NCBI RefSeq assembly: GCF_004010195.1
Contig: NC_057751.1
Coordinates: 13,213,659 to 13,277,658 of the forward strand
Direction of reading: 5' to 3'
Length of the DNA: 64,000 nt
Origin: Chiloscyllium plagiosum
Taxonomy: Eukaryota
The notes under the pieces are model-generated. The model was not told the origin of the DNA, did not search any database, and saw nothing but the letters and a program-made list of their open reading frames with translations. The position numbers and the translations under genes were made by a program. Shown piece after piece: positions 24,810 through 36,749 of the stretch; within the stretch, counting starts at the first letter, position 1, and the number at the start of each line of letters is the position of its first letter.

Positions 24810-25001
24810 ATACCAGGTTATATTCCAACAGGTTTATTTGGAAACACTAGCTTTTGGAGTGCTGCTCCTTCATCACAACTACCTGATGAAGGAGCAGCAC
24901 TCCGAAAGCTAGTGTTTCCAAATAAACCTGTTGGTCTATAACCTGCTGTTGTGTGATTTTTAACTTTGTACACCCAGTCCAACACCAGTATCTCCAAATC
25001 G
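24810..25001 (+). mobile_element. PLE-derived hairpin element family B with the best-preserved hammerhead core
   Basis: Inverted arms; CTGATGA-A-GGAG cagca CTCC-GAAAGCTA at 24883-24911; TATCTCCTAA duplicated at 24792-24801 and 25002-25011. Confidence 0.85.
24883..24911 (+). ncRNA. Minimal hammerhead ribozyme motif (PLE type)
   Basis: CUGAUGA, 4-bp stem II, GAAA, palindromic AGCU stem III and a CUA cleavage triplet. Stem I is not evident and activity is untested. Confidence 0.55.
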
Positions 25002-25439
25002 TATCTCCTAACGACAGGGTTTTATAAAATAACTTAATAAGTAGTATCATATCAAATGTCCTCTGGAAATCCAAATTTATTGCATTCAATTACATACAAA
25101 TATGTTACACTTCCATCTATCCTTTGATCCATCTTACTTGTTACCTGCTCAAAGAATTCTAATAAATTTGTCAGGCATAATGCTGACTGTGCTTGATCAT
25201 ATTATGTAATTCTAAATGCTCTGTGATTAAATTTTTGGAACAGTTACCAACATTTTCCCAATAACAGATGTTAAGCTAACTGGCCTAAAGATTCTTGTTT
25301 ATTTTTGTTTGCTTCCTTTGTACATAAAGGTGTTACTTTGGCAGTTTTCCATAATCTAAGGCTTCTTGGACTATGACCACCAGTATATCTACTATCTCTG
25401 TGGCTAGTCCATCTAATATCCTAGGATGTACCCCACGAG

Positions 25440-25875
25440 GCTTAGTGTTTTGTCTGCTTGTTTGGGTTTGTTGCTGAGAAATCAGCGGACTGTATTCATT
25501 GGGTACCCATTCTTTTTTGAATATACGGTATGGGTGATTTTCCTTTGCTCTGCATAGTTTCTCTGTGCTGCAGTGTGTGTTGGCTCATTGAAATAATGTT
25601 CTGATGCAGCTTCGTTTATGGGTGTTGGGGATGATGGCATCTGTAGTTCAATATTTGGTCCGTATGTGTTGTTTTCCCGTAGACGCTGGTTTGAAGTTCC
25701 CCATTGGCTGTTCGCTCTACTGTGACATCGAGGAATGGCAGTTTGTTGTTGTTTTCCTCCTCTTTCGTGAATTTTATGCCAGTAAGGGTATTATTGATGG
25801 TCTTGAAGGTTTCCTCTAATTTGTTTTGTTTAGTGATGACAAAGGTGTCATCCATTTGTCGGACCCAAATCAGTG
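25440..25875 (-). mobile_element. Penelope-like element RT fragment
   Basis: WVRQMDDTFVI...IKFTKEEENNNKLPFLDVTVER...TSVYGKTTHTDQILNY matches the PLE RT (YVDD-like motif and thumb region). Confidence 0.85.
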
Positions 25876-26029
25876 TATTCAAAAAGAATAGGTACCCAAA
25901 GAAAACTTACAATGATATGAGGCAGCAGCTGACTCTGATAAAGTGGAAACTCACTTAACAGGATGACAGTGGATAAGCAATGGTAAATATTTAAAAAGCG
26001 CATGCAACAATTGTTCAATCCTGTCTTTT

Positions 26030-27745
26030 TGAAAATGTATTCATTTTGTGGGATGTGGGTGTCACTGGCTGGCCAGCATTTATTGCCCGTTCCTAGTTGC
26101 ACTTACGAAGGTGGTGGTGAGTGACCCTTTTGAACCGCGATGGTCCATTTGCTGTGTGTTGACCCACAATGTCATTAGGGAGGGAACTCCAGGATTTTGT
26201 CCCAGCAACAATGAAGGAAGGGTGATATATTTCCAAGTCAGGATGGTGAGTAGCTTGGAAGAGAACTTGAAGCTGGTGGTGTTCCCATAAATCTGCTGCC
26301 CATGTCCTTTCAGATGGAGATGGTCGTGGATTTGGAAGGTGCTTTCTGAGAATCTTTCTTGAATTTCTGCTGTGCATCTTGTAGATAGCACACACTGCTG
26401 TGACTGAGCGTCAATGGTGAAGGAGGTGGATGCTTATGGATGCAGGGCCAATCAAGCGGGCTGCTTTGTCCTGGATCGTGTCAAGCTTAGAGTGTTTTTG
26501 GGACTGCATGCATCCACGCAAGTGGGAAGTATTCCATCACACTCCTGACTTGTGCCTTATCGACGGTGGACAGGTTTTGGCGATGGAGGTGGTGAGTTAT
26601 TCACCGCAGTATTCCGAGCCTCTGACCTGCTCTTATGGCCACTTCATTTATGTGGTGAGTCCAGTTGAGTATCTGATCAATAATACCTCCCAGGATGTTG
26701 ATTGTGGGGGGTTCAGTGATGGTAACACAATGAATGTCAAAGGGCAGTGGTTTGATTGTCTCTTATTGTGAGGGTCATAGCCTGGCATGTGTGTGGCATG
26801 AATGTTACTTGCTACTTGTCCACCCAAGCATAGATATTGTCCAAATCCTGTGCATTTGGACACAGACGGCTTCAGTTTCTGAGTCGTCGTTAATAGTGTT
26901 GAACATCGATGATTGCACAATGAACATCTCCACCTCCAATCTTTTGATGGAGGGAAGGTCATTGATGAAGCAGCTGAAGATGGTTGGGCCTAGGACACTA
27001 CCCGGAGGAACTCCTGCAGAGATATCCTGGAGCTGAGATGACTGAGCTCCAACAACCACGACCATCTTCCTATGTGTCAGGTATGACTCTAACCACTGGA
27101 GAGTTTCCCCTGATACCCACTGATTCCAATTTTACTAGGGCTCCGTGATGCCACAGTTGGTCAAATGCAGCTTGATATCAAGAACTGTCACTCTCAACTT
27201 GCCTCTAGAATTCCACTTTTTTGTCCATGTTTGAACCAAGGCTGTAATGAGATCAGGAGCTGAGTGGCCCTGGTGGAACCCAAACTGGGCCTCACTGAGT
27301 AGATTATTGCTGAGCAGGTGCTGTTTGATAGCACTGTTATTGACATCTTCCATCATTTTACTGATGATCAAGAGTAGACTGATGGGACGGTAATTGGCCG
27401 GATTGGATTTGCCCTGCCTTTTATGTACAGGACAGATTTAGACAAATTTCCACATTGTCGGGTAATTGCCAGTGCTGTAACTGTACTGGAATAGCTTGGC
27501 TAGGGGAGCACCAAGTTCTGGAGCACAAGTCTTCAGTACTATTGCTGGAATGTTGTCAGGGTCTGTAGCCTTTGCAGTAAGCAGTGCCTCCAACTGTTTG
27601 TTGATATAACGTAGAGTGAACCGCTTTGGCTGAAGACAGGCATCTCTAATGCTAGGGACCACTAGAAGAGGCTGAGATGGAGCATCCGCTCGGCATCTCT
27701 GGCTGAAGATTGGTGTAAAAAGCTTCAGCCTTATCTTTGTCTGGC
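26030..27745 (-). mobile_element. L2/CR1-group LINE, RT to 3' end
   Basis: QFGFHQGHSAPDLITALVQTW and AGVPPGSVLGPTIFSCFINDLP; 3' tail at ~26030-26100. Confidence 0.85.
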
Positions 27746-29115
27746 ACAAAAATAAAATGGAAAAGGTAGTCTGATCATGGCTAACAAGGGAAATTAGGGA
27801 TAAGATTAGAACCAAGGAAAGGCATACAAATCAGCCAAAAATGTCCAGCAAACCTGAGGAGTGGGAGCTGTTTAGATTTCAGCAAAGGAGGACAAAGCAA
27901 TTGATTCAGGAGTGGGGGAAGTAAAATAAACTTGTGGGGAACATGCAAACAGATTATAAAAGTTTCCACTGGTATGTGAAGAGAAAAAGTTAAATGAAGA
28001 CAAAAGTTGTTGCCTTATCGTCAGAAACAGTGGGTTATAATGGTCAACAAAGAAACAGCTGTATTTAGAAAGGTGGACCCAAATAACATCCCAAAAATGT
28101 TGAGAATGTAAGATCCAGTCAGCAGGAGGAAATGAAGAAAATCAATATTAGTAGGTTAATTGATGGGATTAGACGTTGATAAATCCCCAGAGTCCGATAA
28201 TCTACATCCCAGAGAATTTAAGGAACTGATACCATCAATGGTTTACACATTGGTGATCATGTTTCAAGATTCTACCTACCATGGAACAGTTCCTACGACT
28301 GAAGGGTAACTAATGTGGCCCCACTATTTTAAAAAGGAGGTATAAGAAAACAGGGAATTATAGACTGGTTATCCTGACATCTCCAATGGGGAAAATGCTA
28401 CAGTCCTTCATAAAAGATTTAAAGCAGAACACTTGGAAAACAATGAAATGATTGGACAGCATGTTTTGAGGATATAACTGGTAGAAATGATAAGGGGGAG
28501 CCAGTGGATGTAGTTTACTTAGGCTTTCAATATGGTCTCATATAAGAAACAATTAGAGTGTAAAATTAAAGAGTTTGGAATTGGTGTTTCTGTACTGACA
28601 TGGATAGAGAACTGGTTGGCAGACAGAAAAACAAGGGTTAGAGATAAAAGCATCTTTTGCTGAGCGGCATGCTGTGACTAGTGGGCACAGCAACTTGGAC
28701 CCCAATTATTCACAGTATACTTTACTGATTAGAACAGGGAACTAAATGTGATATCTCCAAGATGACACAAAGCTGAGTGGGAAGGTAAGCTGTGAGGAGG
28801 TTGCAGAGATGCTTCAGTGTGATTTGGCCATGTAAGTGGTTAAAGCATGGCAGAAGCAGTATGATGTGGATAAACATGAGGTTCCCATTTTGCCAGCAAA
28901 ACAGGAAATAAATTATAATCTGAATGGCAATAGATTGGGAAAGGGAAAGGGAGAGGTGCAACGAGATCTTGCACACCAATCAGTCAAAGTATGCAGGTGC
29001 AGCAGGCGATGAAGGAAGCAGATGTTATGTTGGCCTTAAAAATGATAGGATTTGGATACAGGAGTGGGAATCTCTTACTGAAATTGTATAGGGCCTTGGT
29101 GAGGACATATATAGA
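27746..29115 (+). mobile_element. CR1 LINE ORF2 fragment
   Basis: Degenerate RT: DKSPESDNLHPR, NVAPLF-KGG, GNYRLV and WIENWLADRK. Confidence 0.75.
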
Positions 29116-29119
29116 CTAA

Positions 29120-29715
29120 CTTGATGTTATCCTTAACTTCCCTAGTTTACTATGGTTGGTTTATCCCCTTCCTCAAATCCTTCTTTCTCACTGGAATAAA
29201 GCTTTGCTGTAAGACATGAAATATTAAACATCGACCATTTTTTCTTAACCATCTTTGCTGCTGAACTCCGCTCTCAGTCCATCCCAGCTTGCTCATCCCT
29301 CATTCTTTTGTATTTACTACTATTCAAGCTGAGCATAGTTGTGTGAAACCCAAGTTCCTCCCTCTGAATGTTGAATTCTATCATGTTATGGTCATTATTT
29401 CCTTGAGGACATTTTACTGGAGATAGTTACTTAACCTACCTCATTACAAATCACCAGATCCAAAATTAGCTTGACCCCTGATTTGATCTACAACACACTG
29501 TTCTACGAAACTGTCCTGAATGTACTTTATGAATTCTTCCTTGTGGTTACCTTTGCCAATCTGACTATCCCAACCTACATGAAGATTAAAGTCAGCCATG
29601 ATGATTACGTTACTGCTTTTTGCACATGCCCTCACTACCTTCTATTTATTCTCTGTCCAGCTACAAGCTACTGTTAGGGGGCTTCAAATTATTCCTACTA
29701 GTGTCTTATCTCTAC
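29120..29715 (-). mobile_element. CR1 LINE endonuclease fragment
   Basis: VIIMADFNLHVGWDSQIGKGNHKEEFIKYIQDSFVEQCV (APE domain). Confidence 0.75.
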
Positions 29716-29719
29716 CAAT

Positions 29720-30872
29720 ATGGGAATATAATAAAAGGCAGTAAAAGCTTCTGCAAATATATAAAAAAAAGGGTCTTGAAGCAGAAGGGTAGTGTTCCTA
29801 CTTTTGGGCAGATGATCTGGGTTCAAGTTCCACCTGGCCCAGAACTGTGCCATAACATGTCTAAGCAGGTTGTTTAAAAATAAACAGTTATTAAAAAAAC
29901 TGTGTAGCTCAAGGAAATGATGACTTCTAAGAGGGCGAGACTGAGGAATCAATAATGGAAAACAAGAAAATAGTGGAGGCTTTGAACAAGTATTGAAGCA
30001 AATCAAGAGGTAAAAGGAGGGAGTAATTAAATAATCAGATCACTAAAGAAAATATTATAGGAAAACTAAACCAAGGGATTAAAGTATACAAGATGATGAA
30101 TAAAGAGGAACCAGCAAATGCTGCACATTTGGATTTCAAAGAACCATTTCATAAGGTGTAACATAAAATATAAGGTAATAATTTATGGCTCTGGAATGAA
30201 AATTGATATGGATAGAGAATTGACTCACAGGGAACATCATTTTCAGATTTGTAAACTGCAACAAGGGCCAAAGGGATCAGCTGGGGTCTTAACTATGATG
30301 ATCTATATTAATGACTTGGATGAAGGGATCAACAAGTATTGTCGCCAAACCTGTCAACAATATCAACTAAGTTGGCAAGCAAGTCATGCAGATACAAAGA
30401 TTCTGCAAAAGGCAGATGTAAGTTAAGTGAATTGTCCAAAAATTGGCAGATGAAACATAATTTAACATAATGAAACATAAAGGTGAGGCATAAAGTCTGG
30501 AAAATCAAAACATAATTTAAATAGAGACAGACGTGCAGGACCAAATACAAATGAAGACAGTATTCACGTCTCTGCCACTTAATATTGACTCAGGAACTCT
30601 CCTCATTGGGGTTTAGAAGAATGAAAGGTGATCTCATTGGTATATGTAGGATTCCTAAGGGGCTTAACAGGATAAATGTTGAGACGATGTTTCCCCTCAT
30701 TGGAGAATCTAGGAACAGAGAGCGTATTACAGAATAAAGGGGTACCAATGTACCACTGCAATGTGGAGGAATTTCTTATCTCAGAAGGTTGAGAGTCTTT
30801 GGAACTCTTTGCCACAGAGAGTTCCAGGTGCAGAGCCTTTGTGTATATTTAAGGCTGAGATAGATAGATTCT
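29720..30872 (+). mobile_element. Degenerate CR1 LINE fragments
   Basis: IYINDLDEG remnant and CR1 3' region (gatctcattggtatatgtagg...aaggctgagatagatagattct); the tail resumes at ~31475. Confidence 0.65.
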
Positions 30873-31470
30873 TGTGAGCGTCACAAAGCTGGTTCCTTTC
30901 TTTTGTAAAAGCTGTTCCTTATTTTTTTTCAGAGGGATTGTAAACGCTCCCAGTGCCGATTAGACTGGATTGGTACAGAGATTAAAGGGTATTGAGAGGC
31001 CTTTTTGTTTTTATGTAAACAGATGAGACTTCAGGCCAATGTTGTCATGGAAGTGACCTGTATCATGAAAGGGGAGTGGTCAGCTCTCTAGCTGAGCAGT
31101 TCAGTCCAGAACTAGTTAGGAGTTCAACAGTAAGCTCTGTGGAAACTCTCTCTCTCTTTCTGCCCTTCTAACTTCAACCAGTAAGCATCTGTTCCATAGT
31201 TTTACTCTGTTTTAAGGGGGTTTGCTTATTGGGACTGTTGTGTATATTCAGAACAGCATAATTAAGTCTAGCTTGGATAGACTGAGCTCTGTAGTTCTTT
31301 ATGTGTCATAGTGTAATTTTGTGAATAAATTACTGTCTGTCTGCTAGTAGTCAACCTAGAAAGCTTACTCTGGGTAATTATCACTGTACACTTTCCAAAA
31401 CAAATTGCAAAGTTACGGTCTGGGTTGCCTGCTCAAGGATGTTTTGAATGGTCTGGCCTAGTGCATTACA
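30873..31470 (+). mobile_element. Putative solo LTR
   Basis: TG...CA bounded insert within a CR1 3' end, with internal AATAAA at ~31324; no clear TSD. Confidence 0.45.
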
Positions 31471-32052
31471 TGAGATATTCCAGATCAGCCATGTTCGTAT
31501 TGAATGGGAGAGCTGTCTCAAGGAGATGAATACCCTACTCCTCATGTTCTTAATGTTCTGTAGCTGTAAAGCTGAGAAACTAAGTATTTTTCTTAAGACC
31601 CCACTTCTCTACCGAGGAAGGTTGAAGCAAATTCATATTTAATAACATGCACCTTCTACTCTTATTTTGACACCTTGACAAATTGCTGAATTGCCAGCTG
31701 ATGAAACAATCAACAACAATCTAAATAAAACAACTGAAAAGGAATCTTAATTTTTGGGTTTGAGTTGATTATTTCCAAAATGAAGGCTGAGACCTTCAAC
31801 ACCTGCCATGCCAACAGCTTTGTTGCAAGCATTGATATCAACAAGGTGGTGGAAGTGCACAGGGTGCTCACGCTCAAAGATGACTTGAGGCATTACTTTC
31901 TGGAGATTTCAGGCTGAGAGCCTCACTTGTGTTGGATTTGGAGGATCTGAGCAGTGCATGCAAAGAGTAACTGGGGTCTGGATTTTGGGTACAAAAAATT
32001 GATCCACAAGAACATGTAATCAGGAACAGAGGATAGTGGGTTCTGTATAGCC

Positions 32053-32372
32053 TTTTTTTTAGATTAGATTACATTACAGTATGGAAACAGGCCCTTCGGC
32101 CCAACAAGTCCACACCGACCCGCCGAAGCGCAACCCACCCATACCCCTACATTTACCCCTATACCTAACACTACGGGCAATTTAGCATGGCCAATTCACC
32201 TGACCTGCACGTCTTTGGACTGTGGGAGGAAACCGGAGCACCCGGAGGAAACCCACGCAGACACGGGGAGAACGTGCAAACTCCACACAGTCAGTCGCCT
32301 GAGTCGGGAATTGAACCCGGGTCTCTGGCGCTGCGAGGCAGCAGTGCTAACCACTGTGCCACCGTGCCGCCC
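32053..32372 (-). mobile_element. HE1-type V-SINE, young full-length copy
   Basis: Intact head, CpGs retained, (AATCT)n plus A8 tail; near-identical to 18145-18454. Confidence 0.92.
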
Positions 32373-33084
32373 ACCAAAGCTGAATTGACTTTGTGAGCTC
32401 TATTCAGCTGGGAGAAGGTACTGGAGCCAATTGTTGCTCAATGGAGTCGGGGAGCAGTGTCAGCACTGTGAAGCTGAACTGAAGTTTGCTCAGTGCAGTG
32501 AAAGAATAGGAATTCTGCGAGTGAATAGATGCTGGATTTACGCACAATGGTGGGGTCTCAGAAGAGCCTGAGCAATTGCCACGTGAGCAATAGTTGGGCA
32601 ACAGTTGGAGTCCTGTGCTGTGAAAACTCATTGCAGGCAGAAGAAGAAAAGGGCCTCCTGGCTGAGTTGTGGATCCTATTGACAGGAAAACCAAGACTAA
32701 ATCTTGAAGAAGAGGAGCTGAAATCTCTCACAAGGAAGATCCAGTTGGAAGGGCTTTGGCAACTCACAGAGCTCACTGGCATCTGGGTGGAAGACTTCTC
32801 TTGATTTTCTGCCGTTTGATGTGTGGCTTGTATTAGATCATGGTTTGCCTGTTATATTCTGTTTATCTCATATTAATGCTGGTTGTTAGAATATACGTAG
32901 ATGGTATTAACTATCTTGGTATAGTCAAATTTATTTTCTTTATTTAATATAACAGAATCTTATGGCTTTATTCATTTAGTGAGTAACTGGAATTTCAAGC
33001 TTGTCTCCTTTATTAAGTTCCTGCTTCATATCTGGATCATAACACACTCAAAATATTTTTTAGGAAATAGATAGGTTTGAATAG

Positions 33085-33540
33085 GCATAGAGTCATAGAA
33101 TTATTTAGTGTGGATACAAAGCCCTCAGCCTAACTCGACAATGGCGACTTAGTTTCCGAAATGGAACTAGTCCCATTTACCCACGTTTGGCACATATTCC
33201 TCTAAATCGTCCCTATTCAAGTATCTGTGGAATGTTTTTTACAGGTTGTTACTGTACCTGCATCTACCAATTCCTCTGGCAGTTCATTCCACAAACAAAC
33301 CAAGCTCTGTGAGAAAAAGTTGCCCCTCAGGTGCCTTTTAAATCAGAAAAGATCTTTGCTATTCACCTTATCTATGTCTCTCGTGATTTTATAAATCTCT
33401 TTAAGGTCATGCTCAACTTCCTACATCTAGTGAAAAAAGTCATAGTCTATCCAGCTTCTCCTCGTAACTCAAACCCTCCATTCCCGCCAACATCCTGGTA
33501 CATCTTTCCTGAATCCTCTCTAATTTAATCACACCCAGGG
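33085..33540 (-). mobile_element. CR1 LINE 3' end fragment
   Basis: catagagtcatagaa tail and reverse-complemented CR1 3' region. Confidence 0.65.
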
Positions 33541-33635
33541 CAACTACACAGTATTTAACTGAAGTAATTCTTCAAATTTATGTTCACAGCAGTGCTGTGA
33601 AAAGCTAATACGTAATTTACAATAAAACAAAATAC

Positions 33636-33975
33636 CTTTGTTTTGTGGAGCACTGCACTGTAAATCTTCCTGCAAAGCTTCCTGTTTTAGTTTTCCAGCC
33701 AGAAGTTTCTTTGCTTGGTTTCTCTGTTTCTCAGCTGCTCTCTTTGCTTCTAGTTTCTTTTGACGTGCTGATTTAACTGGTTCAGGCAGCATTCTGACTT
33801 CCCTGGGGAATGCTGTAAGCACTTGTATTGCTCCAGCTTTAATCTTCTCATTCTGATTCTCTTCACTACCATATTCATCAGTGGTTGACACCTTGTACAA
33901 TGGAAGCACATGCAATTGTTCGTCGTCTGGGGTCGTTCCTATCTTGCGATTGTCTTCTTTCGTTAATGTACAAAC
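33636..33975 (-). CDS. tet3: TET3 coding exon, 340 bp, DSBH strand plus start of the low-complexity insert
   Basis: tcatag|GTT TGT ACA...AAC AAA G|gtattt; translates [69 protein letters not shown]...; ends in phase 1. Confidence 0.94.
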
Positions 33976-35614
33976 CTATGAATAATTATACCAAACAGGT
34001 AAGTACCTCACACGTTGCTAAGTATACCTAAGGAGATCAGAAACATTCTTTTATTTGTTATCGAGCTTTTATAATTCAGATACACTAGCACAAATGTGCA
34101 ATTTGAAATATAAACTGCTGAATACCTGTAATCTGACAGAAATGGAACTTGGTTTTCAACGAATTCTATACAGGTGCAGTTGCAAAATTTTCTGAATCAA
34201 GAAGAGGGTCATTTTTAAAACAATGTGCCTAATTTTATTTCAACATTAAATCAACGTGCAAAGTTGAATGCAATGGTGCCCATCACCTTGGTTCTCGCAC
34301 TAAATTATTTAAGCGTTGATCTTTACAGTGTTGTGTAGTAGAACATCTGAATTTAAAATACAATGTTTGGAAACACATCTTGAGAACACGGAAACACCAG
34401 CAAGGATGGGTTAAAATACATAAAAAGCTGGAAAAGCAAATAGCCTGCTTCCCACATGATCATTTCTATTTTTAATGGGAACGTGCAGAGTGAAAATGAA
34501 CGTATATTCCAGAGGTAGTTTCCTAAATTTGATATTAGAATCTGGCTATCTGATTTGCATAATTTGAAAATTTGGAGGCTGAATGAAAGGAATAATGGTC
34601 AGATCCAAAAGTGTCTTTCCAGCACTGCTTGTGGGCACAAGGAGGACCAGAGGTGCTTCGTATCAGCCATGACCCTGGCCACATTGTTAATTGTGATTGA
34701 CAAGTCATCAATCTGAAACTTTTAACTCTGTTTATCTTTCGAGAGATACCATCTAAACTAGTGAATGTTATCACATTTTCTGCCTTTAATATTTAAATAA
34801 ATCCTGATATTCTCCCTTTCTCCCTTACGAAGTGTTCATCCCTTCAGGAGTGAAAGTCTATGCAGTACCAAGCATTGGCAGCATGTGGCAGTGTTGAATC
34901 GTGAAGGTGTACACTATACTGTACAATATCATTTTAACACATCCTGTGAGGAAAATGCTAAATCTAAACATGGCTCAGCATTTATTTACATGCTTGCACC
35001 TTTATTTTCAAATATCACCTTTAGATCTGTTCTTCTGAAGGGAACTGTCACCTTTCTAAATATGACAGACAGCAGTAACACGTTTAATAAACATACAGGC
35101 ACCAAAAGAACAGTTTCTAATGTAATTTATTTTCATTCAGTGGTGTGTGAAATGTTCATTTTGTGATGCATGTCAAGCAGTGAAAATGGTCAATGCTTCT
35201 GAAATTGAGCTTTCAGAACTGCCTTACATTTCAGAGGAATGTCAGAACCGAAAACACGAACAAAGTCTTGGTTTCTGCTGAAGTAATAATTTGAGGTTTA
35301 TTTAATTAATGTTAAAATTCTTGAGCAAAGAGTTGAGATGGTCTAAACTCATTTGACATTACAACTCTTACAGCCAACAGATCTCTTGTTCCATAGTTTG
35401 CAGTTCGATTTGGACATGGATCCAAGAAATGAAAGGTCTGTATCTAACCCATTGCACTTTGAAGTTCTCCTGAAGGCAGTTATTTGACTAAACAATAGTT
35501 TAAAAATAAAAAAAAATTGAATGCAACATGATTTGAAAATATGGGATTCCTAGTTTTGTTTGAGGCACGAAACTGAACAAATATTGATTTCATACAAAGT
35601 ATTAGCTTACATAC

Positions 35615-35752
35615 CACAGTACACCCATTGTACATATTATGCTGATCTTTGTGAGCATGGGCACAGAAGTCCATACATGCAGTTACACCAGAAAATGGCT
35701 TTCCTTCTTTTTTCCCAAGTCTGCAGTCGGGGGCTACTTGTTCATTTGTAAC
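35615..35752 (-). CDS. tet3: TET3 coding exon, 138 bp, carrying the Fe(II)-binding HxD motif
   Basis: ctacag|GTT ACA AAT...ACT GTG|gtatgt; translates [49 protein letters not shown] is at 35645-35653. Confidence 0.96.
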
Positions 35753-36749
35753 CTGTAGAGGTAATGAATAGTGTACTTAATTAGTTTTGTTTTAATCACA
35801 TTTAGATGTATGTTTTAGAGATCAGTGATTTGCAGTTATCTTGTAATCATTAGATTTCACATTATTTATTAAAGATGAATGATCTCAAAGAACTGGAGAT
35901 TTTTGCAATTCTACTAATGAACTGCAAATTAACTGTTATATTATAAGGAAACAGAGTCCCTGCATTTAAATCTGTGTTTGTGATCTGAATGCTCCAATGC
36001 AATTCAAAACCAATTATGAAGTGCCGTGACTAGTATACTGGGATGACCAGTTTGTATGCAGCAAGGTATTGGTCGGGTACACTAAGCACCCAGGGAGCTG
36101 CAACCCAGTTCTCAGAAAAGTGATAATGGCTGCAACTGAGAAAACAGAAAGGTTTACTCGAAAAGATGGCACTTAAAACTTCTTTTGTATTAAAGTGATG
36201 TATCAGGTTGGAATACTGTGCGCGCTAAAATCTCCATGTCGATCTTGACCTTGTATACTTCTTACTATTAAGGAGAAATGCTATGGCTCAGCCCGTTCTG
36301 AAAAGGCACAAACCACCAGTCTTGTGCAATATCATCAACAATCTACTGAAGATTAGTTCCCCTGGAAGTCAATGCCATTTTCAAAATTAATGAATGCATC
36401 TCTCTGATATTTGCCTTTTTACCCCACTTAGCTTTCTGACATTTTTTTGTCATTCTTGTGCTGCAAAATATTCCTCTCAAGCAACTGTATTAAAGTATAA
36501 TTCATGGCAGTGTTAAATGATGTCTCACATACTTTATTGGATTCATGGTTATGACCAAGATTTTTCTTGGTTCACAAGCCAATTGCTTTAGAAAGTTCAA
36601 ATCTTTTTTCTCCCCCCAAGTGCTATACCTCTGCAAAACATTGTTACACTTTGAGTAGCAATTTTTCTCAGCAGATTCGTGACCATTGATTCATTTTTTT
36701 CCCCAAATTTATTGTCCTAGAGTCATAGATTCAAATAAGGAGAGTTTTT

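Noticed and set aside
32380..33045. Possible LTR-like sequence ending in ...ATAACA
   Set aside because: No matching 5' terminus, TSD or second copy is visible in the window.
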